A stretch of DNA of 64,000 bases from Massalongia carnosa (GCA_965645245.1 OZ287080.1:186001-250000); one strand, 5' to 3'; counted from the first letter of the stretch, positions 1 to 12,480 are shown. Numbers and translations are program-made. Notes: generated by a model from the sequence alone, not told the origin.

Positions 1-244
1 GCAGATGGAATTGGCGGGGATGCAGCGAATGCGGCTCCAATCAACTGATTTGCATTACTAAGCTTCAAATAAAGGGTGCGATTCATGAAGACAGTGCCAA
101 TCGACAAATCCAATGTCTAGTAATCGATGGTTGAAAGCTGAATTGAATTTTTTCTTGAGGTGTCAATGTTGGGATGTGGACTGCTAGACCTAAAAGGGGA
201 AGAAGGCGGACGGGGCCGAGGAATCTACCCTACCTGGGCTAGCG

Positions 245-311
245 GTGTTTACCTAACCGGAGGTGGTGTTTATCTAACCGGAGGTGGTGTTTATCTAACC
301 AAAGTGGTGTC
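245..311. repeat. 21-bp tandem repeat, about 3 copies (GGTGTTTATCTAACCGGAGGT)
   Basis: Unit read directly three times; possibly the subterminal region of an element extending left of the window. Confidence 0.8.
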
Positions 312-1579
312 CTGTTATCCGTTCCCTATAAATATAGAGATCTCGAGATCGAGAATTACGTGTGCTACTGTGTAGGCTGTCAAAGAAACGAGAAATTGAC
401 ATATGAGATAAATAATTAAAATCAAGATATTTTCTCCGCTCTTACTTCGCAGTAAGAGGTTGCATCGATTTGTGTAACAGTATAGCGTAGCATCTACGAG
501 AGGTCTCTCACTACTCCGCAGAACTTGATCTCGCCATTAACCATTCTCCTCTGAATGGAGATAACACGTCTCTAGTGATCTATTCATCCACAATAGTGCA
601 TCATACGATACCCCAACGATCAAAGGATCAAGAAGGCAGAAAATCCGAAAGCTCAAGCATTTAAGGATCATGTGTCCCTAGGGAATTTTGGGTCAGCTCT
701 GGGTAATGCCCACATCCCTTCCGCAAAGAATTTGGTGTTCGGAAACCCTGAGCCACTCACTCACGGCAACTTTATCGACGCCAAAAAAGATCGGCGCTCG
801 CAGATGGGATGATGTTGGATGGTGATTATGCGGCTACTCCCATAGCAGTTTAATACGGAGTCTCTGACGGAAGACAACAACCTTTCGGCCACCTCCTAGG
901 CCCAAGGTAGTGCAACGATCCTCATCCCTATCGCTAACCCTAAATGCCTGAATTGCTGCAAGGTCGATGAATCTTGTGGGAACTTTGATTCGAGTTAGCC
1001 TTCGTGGCACAGTATGGGGGATGACCACAGGACATGCCTCTTCACAGAAGGCATAGTTCGCTAAAAGAGAGGAAGTGGATGTGTTTACTGAATGTGCTTG
1101 TCCTTGAACACGGATTGCTCGTAAGCGTGTGTCTTGATAGCTTGAAGCCGCTTTCCTAATGATGGTCAACTCAAGCACACTGAACATGAACCACGGGTAT
1201 GCCCGCTTTCCTGACGTCTGACTTTGCTTGACCGCGAGTCATGTGGATTGGAAGAAGAGGATAAGAGATAGGTTTATGGAGCTGCTGGCTTGAAATAAGA
1301 AAGATGGTTGTCAACAGAAGATGGTGTGGCCGAGGCGAGAAAGTGTTGGCAAGATGTGTGATGCTAAATTAGGGATCAGTTACGCGTCCAACGGCAGCTT
1401 ATTGGCAGAGCACAGTTTGTGATCATCACTTGTTGTCGACGATAGGGATTAGTCGAGGATGCATGACTTGTACGCGCCAACAATCAAGTCCTACCCCTCC
1501 TTCCAATGCATGTATCCTGAATCCTTTCTATTTTATTCCGCTAATGGAATATCCAAACCTCATTTTCACGTTGAGGCTA

Positions 1580-1970
1580 ATTACTGAACACGCGATCGAG
1601 CGGGGTCTCCAAAATCAGGAATGACAGGATGTCCGGGGGAGAAATGATTCGAAAAAGTTCTATTCTTAAAGATATGCAGCCTCATTTCTAGCTCAACGCC
1701 ATCGACCTTTTCATCTGTAAGAGCCTTGATCATAGTTAGCTCTTCGTCAGTCGCTAACTTCATGATAATCTGTTGCCCAGTTTCTGTATGCTCCTTGCTG
1801 ATGAATTCCCAGGCCACCTTGAAGAACTTCTCCATCTCCACAACTTGAAACCGCGCATTCTGTCTTGATATAAGGAACATCCACTCTCAGAAGCCAGTTT
1901 CGAGTTTGGTCTGCGGTCGTGATCTAGTGGTAGACTGTGATGGTTTTGTATTAACGCTGTTCTTACTCAT
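1580..1970 (-). pseudogene. 5' fragment of a fungal NFX1-type zinc-finger/AAA helicase (ZNFX1-like) gene
   Basis: FFKVAWEFISKEHTETGQQIIMKLATDEELTMIKAL, then in a shifted frame SLILETPLDRVFS, resembling the N-terminal region of fungal NFX1-type helicases; in-frame stop near 1890, a frameshift, and no helicase domain downstream. Recognised from memory only. Confidence 0.45.
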
Positions 1971-2541
1971 CACAGCTTCGTGCGAGAACTTGCACTACTA
2001 TCATTTAAAGTAAGACAAAGCTATAACTAGAAAGCACGAAAGATTATCACTAGAGGCAATGCTATGGTAAAGCTCTCTTCTAGTAGTGCAAGGCTCTTAC
2101 GGGGTTAGTTAGTGTCTTTGCATTTCAGTGTGTGCTGTCAACAGAGAATTCTTATCTTTTTGTTAACTGTTGATAATTGTTCGTGTCAGCGGCGTGAAAC
2201 ATCTGTTTTCTATTACGGTTTAGCTCGAATCCAGCGGAGTATTCAAGGATTTGATTCATCTTTCTTCTTCATTTAGCACCAGCACTTGTTATTAATAGAC
2301 TTCATCATTTAACTAATCCTCGGGTGACCCAAAAGTTCTTTTCTAACCCCCTCTTTCATGAGATCCTTTCCCGAAACCCCTCCTTATTTAAAATCCTGAA
2401 CGTCGTAATTGAAACATTTCATAGACTCATCCGTGTTTTACGATAAATTTTACACCCAATATAACGGAGACAAGCGTTTCGCGAATGAAGCTTTTCATAA
2501 AAGTTAAAGTTAAATATTATCGCTAAAGGGGGTGAGGACTA

Positions 2542-2812
2542 GTAGGGCTTTAAAAAGCGTAGGGATTGAAAGAGGGTAGGGATTTAAAGAGAGTAGGGAC
2601 TGAAAGATTGTAGACGTTGAAAGAGCGTGAAGACTGAAAGAGAGTAGAGAATGGAAGGGAGTAGGAATTCAAAAAGCATAGGAACTAGAAGAGAGTAGTG
2701 ACTGAAAGGGAGTAGAAACTGGAAGGGAGTAGGGACTGGAAGTGGGTAAGAATTAGACGAGAGTAGGGACTGAAAGGGAGTAGTGATTGAAAAGGAATAT
2801 GGACTAAAAAGC
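2542..2812. repeat. 17-bp degenerate tandem array, about 16 copies (consensus GTAGGGACTGAAAGAGA)
   Basis: Units start at 2542, 2559, 2576 ... 2797 with constant 17-bp period and divergent copies. Confidence 0.9.
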
Positions 2813-3714
2813 CCCAGTCATTTCAAAGCCTTGGGCGTTTTTCTTGGCTAGGGACTTTATTTCCCCAGAGCTTTTATTCTCCCAGGGCTTTCGTTTCCCT
2901 ACTCTTTTCGTTTCCCGAGGGAATGAAAGCCCTAGGAGAATAAAAGTCGTAAGGAGACATAACTCGTGGGACCAAACTCGTAGAATAAAATTCTTAAAAT
3001 ACACACCAAAATTAAAGCAAAAATCTAGATTAATCTAATTGTACTCCACGCCTCTTTAATTACTGATTGCCTTTCCTTTTCACTCGCTTTTTCCAAGTCG
3101 GTTCTTTTCTTCGCCAACCAGCCTACGGATGTCTTGATCAGAAACGTCAACAGTGCTCTTGAAGCAGCTAAGGCGTCAAATCCCATCTATGAAGTATTCC
3201 GGGGGACTTGTGTCGCGATCCGTACGCCCACAAGACTGAATCCGCTTACATGGCCGAACATCAACAGCGCGTGCGAAAGGAGACGAAAGATGTATCTCGC
3301 TGAAGTCGTGGACGCACCTCATACTTCTTTCCATCATCGTCGATAAGGGATGCTCTTCCATTCCGAAAGTGATTTAGCACGATTAGGGTAATTATTAGTA
3401 GCAATAAACACGTCATACGATTTTAACCGAAAAGAGTTTAATGTGCTGTTGGTAGTTGCATTACTAGCTTGTACGCACCCTGGATGAGCAGTGTTTACTA
3501 GCAAAGATTTACACAAGGGGGGACGGTCGGGGGGACTGTCCCTAAGCATCTGGGCTTGACGTATTCAGCCTTATGTGGATATCATTCAGCCCATTCAGCC
3601 GCGCAACAATAACAGCTTGACTGATGCTTTCTGTACCACTCATTTCCAAAGCCAGCCTCTGCACATTCCTACCAGGCTAGTTGTAAAAGTAGAAGAAAGC
3701 TAGGACCTTCTATC

Positions 3715-6700
3715 ATGCCAGATAAAGATTTATGCCTATTATCTCTTGACGGCGGTGGAGTGCGAGGGCTATCGTCACTCGCAATCCTCAAGCGACTGAT
3801 GGAGATCATCAATCCGGATGCGCCGCCGAAGCCATGCGAGTATTTCGACATGATCGGAGGGACAAGTACCGGTGGATTGATTGCTATCATGCTAGGTCGT
3901 CTTGAGATGAATATCGATGAATGTATCGATGCCTATGTCGCATTGTTCGATCAAGTGTTTAAAAAAAAGCCGCATCGTGTCACAATAAACGGACACGTGC
4001 AGGGGAGATTCGACACGGAAGAGCTGGAACGGTCGATTCGAGAAATCGTAAAGCGGAAGGAGAAGGCAGGGGAAAATGCTCTCCTCAAAGGATCAGAGAA
4101 TCAGCAATGCAAGGTGTTAGTGCTTCGGAAGTTGCATTTATACGTATAATTCAAGTGATACTAATGAAAGCTAGATTTGTATGCGCTCTGAGCAAAGAGA
4201 CTGCCGACACAGTCCTTTTCACATCGTATCCTTCTCGAGGATCATCAGATATGTATCATAAAACACGAATTTGGGAGGCAGCTCGAGCCACATCTGCCGC
4301 ATCATCCTTCTTTGATCCAGTTAAAATTGGCCAGTTTGAAGAAGAATTTGTCGATGGGGCTGTGGGGGCTAACAATCCTGTCGCACATCTTTGGAACGAG
4401 GCCAAAAGTGTGTGGTCAGATGAAGCGCTTGAGGGGAACATTAAATGCCTGATATCTATCGGTACCGGTGTTCCATCCTTGGATTCTTATGGCTCAAGCC
4501 TCTTCGAGATTGCAAAAGCGTTGAAAGACATTGCAACAGAGACAGAAAAAACAGCGGAGTCTTTTCATCGAGCGCATTCAGATCTCGACGATGGGAATCG
4601 CTACTTTCGTTTCAATGTTTCTCATGGGCTTGAGAATATTGGACTCGAAGATGCAGCACAGAAGAACAAGATCATGGCCACCACAACCCGCTATGTAGCT
4701 TTGGAAAGCGTGATGAAACAAATGAAGCTGTGTGGAAATAATTTTTCAACACGAGAATGTACGTCAATGTTGGCTTGATAATTCTTGAGTTACTAAATCC
4801 TTGAATAGACACTGGTTCATATAAAGTGCCATTCAGTTTGAAAGGCTTACCCCGTGTACCCAAATTCATAGCTCGTGATCAGGAGATGAATGACCTTAAG
4901 GAAACCCTTTTTCCCAAGCCAACTCGTGAGACTCGCCGGAAGGTGTTCGTTTTGCACGGACTTGGCGGCTCCGGCAAGACTCAGCTAGCAATCGAGTTCG
5001 CTCAAAGATCACAGAAGATTTTTAGTTCTATTTTTTGGCTAAACGGCGATAGCAAGGAAAGTGTACGTCAAAGTCTTGCACAGATTGCTCAGCAATTGCC
5101 CAAAGATCAGATACCGGATTCATGTAGAAAATTCTCTAAAATATCCCCTGAAGAGCTAAATGAAATTATTCGCAATATTCTTATTTGGTTCAATCAACAT
5201 GAAAACAATCAATGGCTTCTCATTTTCGATAATGTCGATCGTGATGATTCTCCTGAGGTAAATGATCCTCAATCATATGATGTGAAAGATTTTTTCCCGG
5301 GAGCCGATCATGGCTCTATTTTAATCACAAGCCGATTACGACAGCTTCGACAACACGGGCAGGACCAGCAACTTGGAAGGATGAGCGATCTACAAGGAGT
5401 AGAAGTATTACGATGCAGGATAGGACGATCAGTTGAAGGTAATGAAATTTAAGCAACAGTCTTAATCCAATTTACTAAGCATTATATAGGCCTTGATAGG
5501 ATCGTCGAGAAAGTGGGTGGTCTCCCACTTGCACTTGCTCATGCAGGCTCCTATATCCACGGAACGACTACAAGTGTGAAAGACTATATTCGATACTATG
5601 AAGAGACTTGGGAGAAGCTTCACAACAACAAAACGACTCGATTAAAAGATTATCCTCGTAGCATTTTATCTACGTACACCATTTCCTACGAATATGTGCA
5701 ACGCAATGACGCGAGCGCTGCAAAATTGCTTAATCTGTTTGCATATCTCGATCATTCAGATTTATGGTATTCTTTATTCACACCTGTACTTGACAGCATT
5801 ATCTCAAAAGAGACATTACCTATCTGGTTTTCATGTATCATGAAGACGGAATTTGATTTTACACAGAAGATTCAAATACTGCTGGATTACTCCTTGATAG
5901 AAACACGATATGAGATCTCATCTTATGCGATTCATCCAATTATACATGACTGGTGTTTTCACTTGAATCTAACCTCTAACGACGAGATAGCTTCTTTAGC
6001 AGTTTCTGTAATCGGTTCCGCATGTCATTCCACTGACAGTTCAGCAAACTGGCTGCATCGAAAACGACTGGCTGGTCATTGTAGTTATGTTCACTTCTGG
6101 ATTGGAAAAAAACCTCAAAACCTCGAAAGGAACATGAGATGGGAACAGGTGTTATATTTTTCGTATTATGATATTGGCTATTTTTCAAACGAACAAGGCA
6201 AGCTGAAAGAGGCCAAAGAGATGTATCTGCGGGCATTGACAGGATACGAAAAGGCCAGAGGTCCTGATCACACATCAACGCTCGATATAGTCAACAATCT
6301 AGGAAATTTGTATAAAAATCAAGGCAAGATGAACGAGGCCGAAGAGATGTATCTGCGGGCATTGACAGGGTTCGAAAAGGCCTGGGGACCTGATCACACA
6401 TCAACGCTCGAAACAGTCAACAATCTAGGGCGTTTGTATGCAGATCATGGCAAGATGAACGAGGCCGAAGAGATGTATCTGCGGGCATTGACAGGGTTCG
6501 AAAAGGCCTGGGGTCCTGATCACACATCAACGCTCGAAACAGTCAACAATCTAGGGGGTTTGTATGCAGATCATGGCAAGATGAACGAGGCCGAAGAGAT
6601 GTATCTGCGGGCATTGACAGGGTTCGAAAAGGCCTGGGGTCCTGATCACACATCAACGCTCCACACAGTCAACAATCTAGGGCGTTTGTATGCAGATCAA

Positions 6701-9334
6701 GGCAAGATGAACGAGGCCGAAGAGATGTATCTGCGGGCATTGACAGGATACGAAAAGGCCTGGGGTCCTGATCACACATCAACGCTCGCCACAATCAACA
6801 ATCTAGGAATTCTGTATAAAAATCAAGGCAAGATGAACGAGGCCGAAGAGATGTATCTGCGGGCATTGACAGGATACGAAAAGGCCTGGGGTTTTGATCA
6901 CACATCAACGCTCCGAATAGTCAACAATCTAGGAAGTCTGTATGCAGATCAAGGCAAAATGAACGAGGCCGAAGAGATGTATCTGCGGGCATTGACAGGG
7001 TTCGAAAAGGCCTGGGGTCCTGATCACACGTCAACGCTCGCCACAGTCAACAATCTAGGAATTCTGTATAAAAATCAAGGCAAGATGAACGAGGCCGAAG
7101 AGATGTATCTGCGGGCATTGACAGGATACGAAAAGGCCTGGGGTCCTGATCACACATCAACGCTCCACACAGTCAACAATCTAGGGCTTTTGTATGCAGA
7201 TCAAGGCAAGATGAACGAGGCCGAAGAGATGTATCTGCGGGCATTGACAGGGTTCGAAAAGGCCTGGGGTCCTGATCACACATCAACGCTCGGAACAGTC
7301 AACAATCTAGGGCTTTTATATGCAGATCAAGGCAAGATGAACGAGGCCGAAGAGATGTATCTGCGGGCATTGACAGGGTTCGAAAAGGCCTGGGGTCCTG
7401 ATCACACGTCAACGCTCGAAACAGTCAACAATCTAGGAATTCTGTATAAAAATCAAGGCAAGATGAACGAGGCCGAAGAGATGTATCTGCGGGCATTGAC
7501 AGGATACGAAAAGGCCTGGGGTCCTGATCACACATCAACGCTCGGAACAGTCAACAATCTAGGGCTTTTGTATGCAGATCAAGGCAAGATGAACGAGGCC
7601 GAAGAGATGTATCTGCGGGCATTGACAGGGTTCGAAAAGGCCTGGGGTCCTGATCACACATCAACGCTCGGAACAGTCAACAATCTAGGGAGTTTGTATG
7701 CAGATCATGGCAAGATGAACGAGGCCGAAGAGATGTATCTGCGGGCATTGACAGGGTTCGAAAAGGCCTGGGGTCCTGATCACACGTCAACGCTCGAAAC
7801 AGTCAACAATCTAGGGCGTTTGTATGCAGATCATGGCAAGATGAACGAGGCCGAAGAGATGTATCTGCGGGCATTAACAGGGTTCGAAAAGGCCTGGGGT
7901 CCTGATCACACATCAACGCTCCACACAGTCAACAATCTAGGGCTTTTGTATGCAGATCAAGGCAAGATGAACGAGGCTGAAGAGATGTATCTGCGGGCAT
8001 TGACAGGATACGAAAAGGCCTGGGGTCCTGATCACACATCAACGCTCGCCACAGTCAACAATCTAGGAATTCTGTATAAAAATCAAGGCAAGATGAACGA
8101 GGCCGAAGAGATGTATCTGCGGGCATTGACAGGATACGAAAAGGCCTGGGGTCCTGATCACACATCAACGCTTGGAACAGTCAACAATCTAGGGCTTTTG
8201 TATGCAGATCAAGGCAAGATGAACGAGGCCGAAGAGATGTATCTGCGGGCATTGACAGGGTTCGAAAAGGCCTGGGGTCCTGATCACACGTCAACGCTCG
8301 AAACAGTCAACAATCTAGGGCGTTTGTATGCAGATCAAGGCAAGATGAACGAGGCCGAAGAGATGTATCTGCGGGCATTGACAGGGTTCGAAAAGGCCTG
8401 GGGTCCTGATCACACGTCAACGCTCGAAACAGTCAACAATCTAGGGCGTTTGTATGCAGATCATGGCAAGATGAACGAGGCCGAAGAGATGTATCTGCGG
8501 GCATTGACAGGGTTCGAAAAGGCCTGGGGTCCTGATCACACATCAACGCTCCACACAGTCAACAATCTAGGGCTTTTGTATGCAGATCAAGGCAAGATGA
8601 ACGAGGCCGAAGAGATGTATCTGCGGGCATTGACAGGATACGAAAAGGCCTGGGGTCCTGATCACACATCAACGCTCGCCACAGTCAACAATCTAGGAAT
8701 TCTGTATAAAAATCAAGGCAAGATGAACGAGGCCGAAGAGATGTATCTGCGGGCATTGACAGGGTTCGAAAAGGCCTGTGGTCCTGATCACACGTCAACG
8801 CTCGAAACAGTCAACAATCTAGGGCGTTTGTATGCAGATCATGGCAAGATGAACGAGGCCGAAGAGATGTATCTGCGGGCATTGACAGGGTTCGAAAAGG
8901 CCTGGGGTCCTGATCACAAATCAACGCTCAACACAGTCAACAATTTAGGAAGTCTGTATAGAAATCAAGGCAAGATGAATGAGGCCGAACAGATGTGTCT
9001 GCGGGCATTGACAGGATTCGAAAAGGCCTGGGGTCCTGATCACACATCAACGCTCGCCACAGTCAACAGTCTAGGAATTCTGTATAAAAATCAAGGCAAG
9101 ATGAACGAGGCCGAAGAGATGTATCTGCGGGCATTGACAGGGTTCAAAAAGGCCTGGGGTCCTGATCACACGTCAACGCTCGAAACAGTCAACAATCTAG
9201 GGCGTTTGTATGCAGATCAAGGCAAGATGAACGAGGCCGAAGAGATGTATCTGCGGGGCTCAAGCGGCTTACCTGTGCCAGGTATGACAATTCTAGGCAG
9301 GACAAGGCCTGATGACATATTCAACGTCGAATGA
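3715..9334 (+). CDS. Fungal NLR: patatin-like phospholipase - NB-ARC - TPR array; exons 3715-4115, 4175-4758, 4809-5438, 5490-9334
   Basis: Patatin motifs LSLDGGGVRG, GTSTG, DGA; NB-ARC Walker A GLGGSGKT, Walker B WLLIFDNVD, GSILITSR, GGLPLAL; three GT-AG introns (4116-4174, 4759-4808, 5439-5489) with branch-like CTAA sites join the ORFs in frame (CKV/FVCA, TRE/YTGSYKVPF, VEG/LDRIVEKVGG). Confidence 0.95.
6194..9256 (+). repeat. Coding TPR tandem array: 24 full 126-bp (42-aa) units plus a partial 25th
   Basis: Units from 6194 to 9218 (3024 bp = 24 x 126); consensus QGKMNEAEEMYLRALTG(F/Y)EKAWGPDHTSTLxTVNNLGxLY(AD/KN). Confidence 0.97.
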
Positions 9335-9507
9335 AATCAAATCAGTACCGTCTGAAAGCTAGTTGAATCTTGCTGGCAATGGTGCAATTGGAATTCTATA
9401 GTTCAGTTGAGAGGGAACTTTAATGTAAGGGGCGCAGGGGCGCAAGGCGTACGGGGGAAGTTTAAATTTCTTGGCATCTTGTCTCGCTGTGCCAAATCGG
9501 ATCTAAT

Positions 9508-9609
9508 AGGAATTGAAAGAGAGTAGGGATTAGAAGGGAGTAGTGATTGAAAAGGGATAGGGACTAAAAAGCCCCAGTCATTTTAAAGCCTTGGGCATTT
9601 TTTCTGGCT
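9508..9609 (+). repeat. About 100-bp direct-repeat copy of 2745-2849
   Basis: GGGAGTAGTGATTGAAA...GGACTAAAAAGCCCCAGTCATTT(C/T)AAAGCCTTGGGC present at both places in the same orientation. Confidence 0.9.
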
Positions 9610-10206
9610 GAAGATATCATGTTTCAAAGGAGTTTAATATCGATTTTTAATATTGCTACTATTGTACATAACGGTCTAGATAGTGGCCCCAAGGATAAAA
9701 CCATTATCTCTGACTTCATGTGTGTTGCGCCGAGATGCTCTCCATCTATAACGCGGTACATGTATGATTTAGGCAGCCATGTTAGATGAATGTTAGATGG
9801 AGGCAGTAAGGTCAGCATACCCACGATTGCCCCCGAAGTGAGTGACCCAAGTCTGACCTATCCATGGCTGATGATCTGGTCCGTGATGCTGAGTCTTTAG
9901 ATAGAAGGGACATTGTACGTATACTCCTAGGGTATCCCATTCGGTCGCTGTTGCAAATGGTACGGTAGCCATGATTTTGAAGACGGGATGTTGCGAGGGA
10001 GTAGAGGAGCCGAAATTGGGAGCTAGAGCGATACGAGAGTTGATGCTGATGATGACGCAGCAGTCATAGGCTACAAGGAGCGAAGAATCCATAAGAACCC
10101 GAGATGGTCATGAGACTTACCATTCGACGCATTGAAAACAGCAGAAGGGTATGATATTAGTCAAGCTCGATGCCGAACCGAAGGTTTTCTATGGGGAGGC
10201 AACTTA

Positions 10207-12480
10207 TTATGGCCGCTCGTAAGGTGGTGACCTCAAGAGGAATTTATGTAACCAATCTGCACGCAAAGGCCGAATGACAGTCAAGTGGGTGTCTTGTGAA
10301 CCAAATCCGCATGGTTCTGCAAGTGCATTGTGCTTGTCAAAACATCTTGACACCTTGGATGAAGGCATGCGATCGGATGACCGTCTTGGTGATGAGGAAG
10401 GTGTTTTACAATGGAAGTGCTTTTTCAGATCGTAGCGGCTGTGGAAAGACTTCAGACGTGTCTCGGTGGGTAGCGCTACACAGCCGAGGCAAAAGATACA
10501 TTGAGTGGGTTCGCATTCAATCGGGATGGAGTCTGAAAGAGAGGCCGGATCGAGGACAGATGGTGGTGTCAGATGCCGTTCCTTGATGACCGACGCGGAA
10601 AGTTTTGAACGACGTGGACGCTTGCCTTCCTGCAAGCGACAAAGGGCTGTCAAAGCATTGATCTCTTCCACCCGCCGCTTGCACTCTTCCTCTGAGGATG
10701 ACGTCGCGAAGGTGAGGAGGTATCGATGACCCGGACACGCTCCTCGAAGACGTAATCCTCTGCCTTCGCCGTCTCCAGTTCTTCCGACGGCAGTCCTTTC
10801 AGCTTTCGTTGAATGTCGATCACCGGCTGCTCCCTCTTATAGCTCGCTTTGACCTCTTGTAAAAGAGCCTCCTCTGCCACCGTTTTATGTTGCGATGAGC
10901 TTGATACGCCTTTTGGTACTTATCGTATACTGATGTCCCCTTCATGCTCGCGATGGGTCCATGATTGTCTTTGATGAACTGGAACATTTTCTTTTGCCTC
11001 CGGCGAAGGAGTCTCACCTCTGGGTGACGATCGACCTGGGCTTTTTGGGCGTCATTGAGCTTCCGAGGCCGTCGTCGATCAATCGTACGACTCATTCCAC
11101 TGGCGAGCCGCATCAACGCATTTTACGGCTTCAAACCACGATAGGCGGCCCCGGTATCACTTGTGATATACCTCGAGAGATAGATTTTTAAGAACACGGT
11201 GGAGTTATGATGTTGCAAAATCAGATTCCGTTGCGATTCGCTGATGAAGCCTGTGCAAGGGTCAGCGAAAAGCTCAAAAGAAGATTGACAGAGGTCGTGT
11301 TACACACTTGCTGTTGTCGAGAGCTTCGCTATTGCCGCGTCGAAAGATGTATGAACCGGTGGGAAGCTTCATGCCGGTGACGCTTCCAAGGGTTATCATC
11401 CGTGAGCGAAGAGTACTATCAGGCAGAGCTTTGTCATCCGAAATTCGAACTCCGTTCACGGTGAATTCGGATCGGCGGAAGAGGAGAACATGTAGCATCG
11501 TTTCCTTAAGGGGAAACGGCAGCTGTTTCTGTCCCGGGGGGATCCGGAGACGGAATAATTGTTCGGCAGAAATCAATTCGGGAGCGGCGAAGGCCTGAAC
11601 GTTAAAGATCAAAGTGAGTAGGTTCAGACGAGGACAAAGCAGCAGCCATGGTTCGTCAGGCTCGTCAGGAATCCTGAACTCATTTCTATGATACTTGTCA
11701 GTCGTTCAGCGAAACTGTCCGTCTCGACGAAGAAAGCACAAAAGGGCAACATGGACGTTTCTCTATCGCCTAATAACCCTTCGTATTCTTGAATGCGATT
11801 TCAATCAACCGTCGAGGAAGCTCCCCTCCTTCGAGATCCGGAAGCAAGGTGATCTGAACATCTTTGTAGCACACACCCAAGAGGGCAGCAGGACGGTTGT
11901 CTGTGATTCCGGCTAGCTGCATGATCAAGGCTAGTTGTACACGGTGCCGCTCGTGATCAAAGACGATCTCGACGAAGTCGTCCTCGGCCCGCATGATGAG
12001 CTTCTTCTTCTTCTTCTCAGTCCTTAACCCATGCTTTAGAGCGAGCCGTTGTCTCGCCTAGTACTGGTTAATCAATAGAGGCGTAGCGGGGCTCTCGTAC
12101 CCCGTGCATCTGGCTTTTGATAAGCGGGTCGATCTCTAGACAGCCAGTCTCTTTCTTTCGCACTAGACAAAAAATATTCCAGAATGTTTGCAGGGTACGA
12201 GTACTAGCCGCACTCAGCCGATCTTTTCGAATGGAGAGTAGCCAGTCGAAGAAGACGTAGAGGATGTTGATAGAGATCTCCTTGAGAGTCATGACGGGGT
12301 TCTTCCTAGTGAATTCGCAATATCTGTCAGCCTCGATCAGATTTCGCCAGTCCACGATAGTCGTAGTAGCATCTCCTTACCGATACCAAAGGTTCTTAAT
12401 CCAGCTCGATAGATCCTCGCTGCTATCCTTGTAAACTCGTTCAGGGAAAATTAGAGTCGACGAGCGTGGATGATAAGTGA
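10207..12480 (-). pseudogene. DUF3435 tyrosine recombinase (Starship captain-like), multi-exon, frameshifted
   Basis: WIKNLWYR/YCEF (intron 12324-12380), FFDWLL, FDHERHRVQLALIMQLAGITDNRPAALL, NTKGY, YIFRRGNSEALDNS, QRNLILQHHNSTVFLKIYLSRYIT, GMSRTIDRRRPRKL, C-terminal CEPTQCIFCLG zinc-finger-like region; frameshifts and small deletions; start codon not located. Confidence 0.85.

Noticed and set aside
834..1187. 117-aa ORF as a gene
   Set aside because: No motif I could recognise reliably
2542..2812. CRISPR array or telomeric repeat
   Set aside because: Contiguous degenerate 17-mers without spacers; not TTAGGG
3516..3545. GGGGGACTGTCCC motif resembling the MULE TIR end upstream of the NLR
   Set aside because: Match is short and no partner end was found
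6194..9256. CRISPR-like or DGR-like appearance of the 126-bp array
   Set aside because: Fully coding and in frame with no unique spacers; no separate template repeat or DGR-type RT, and variation is not adenine-specific
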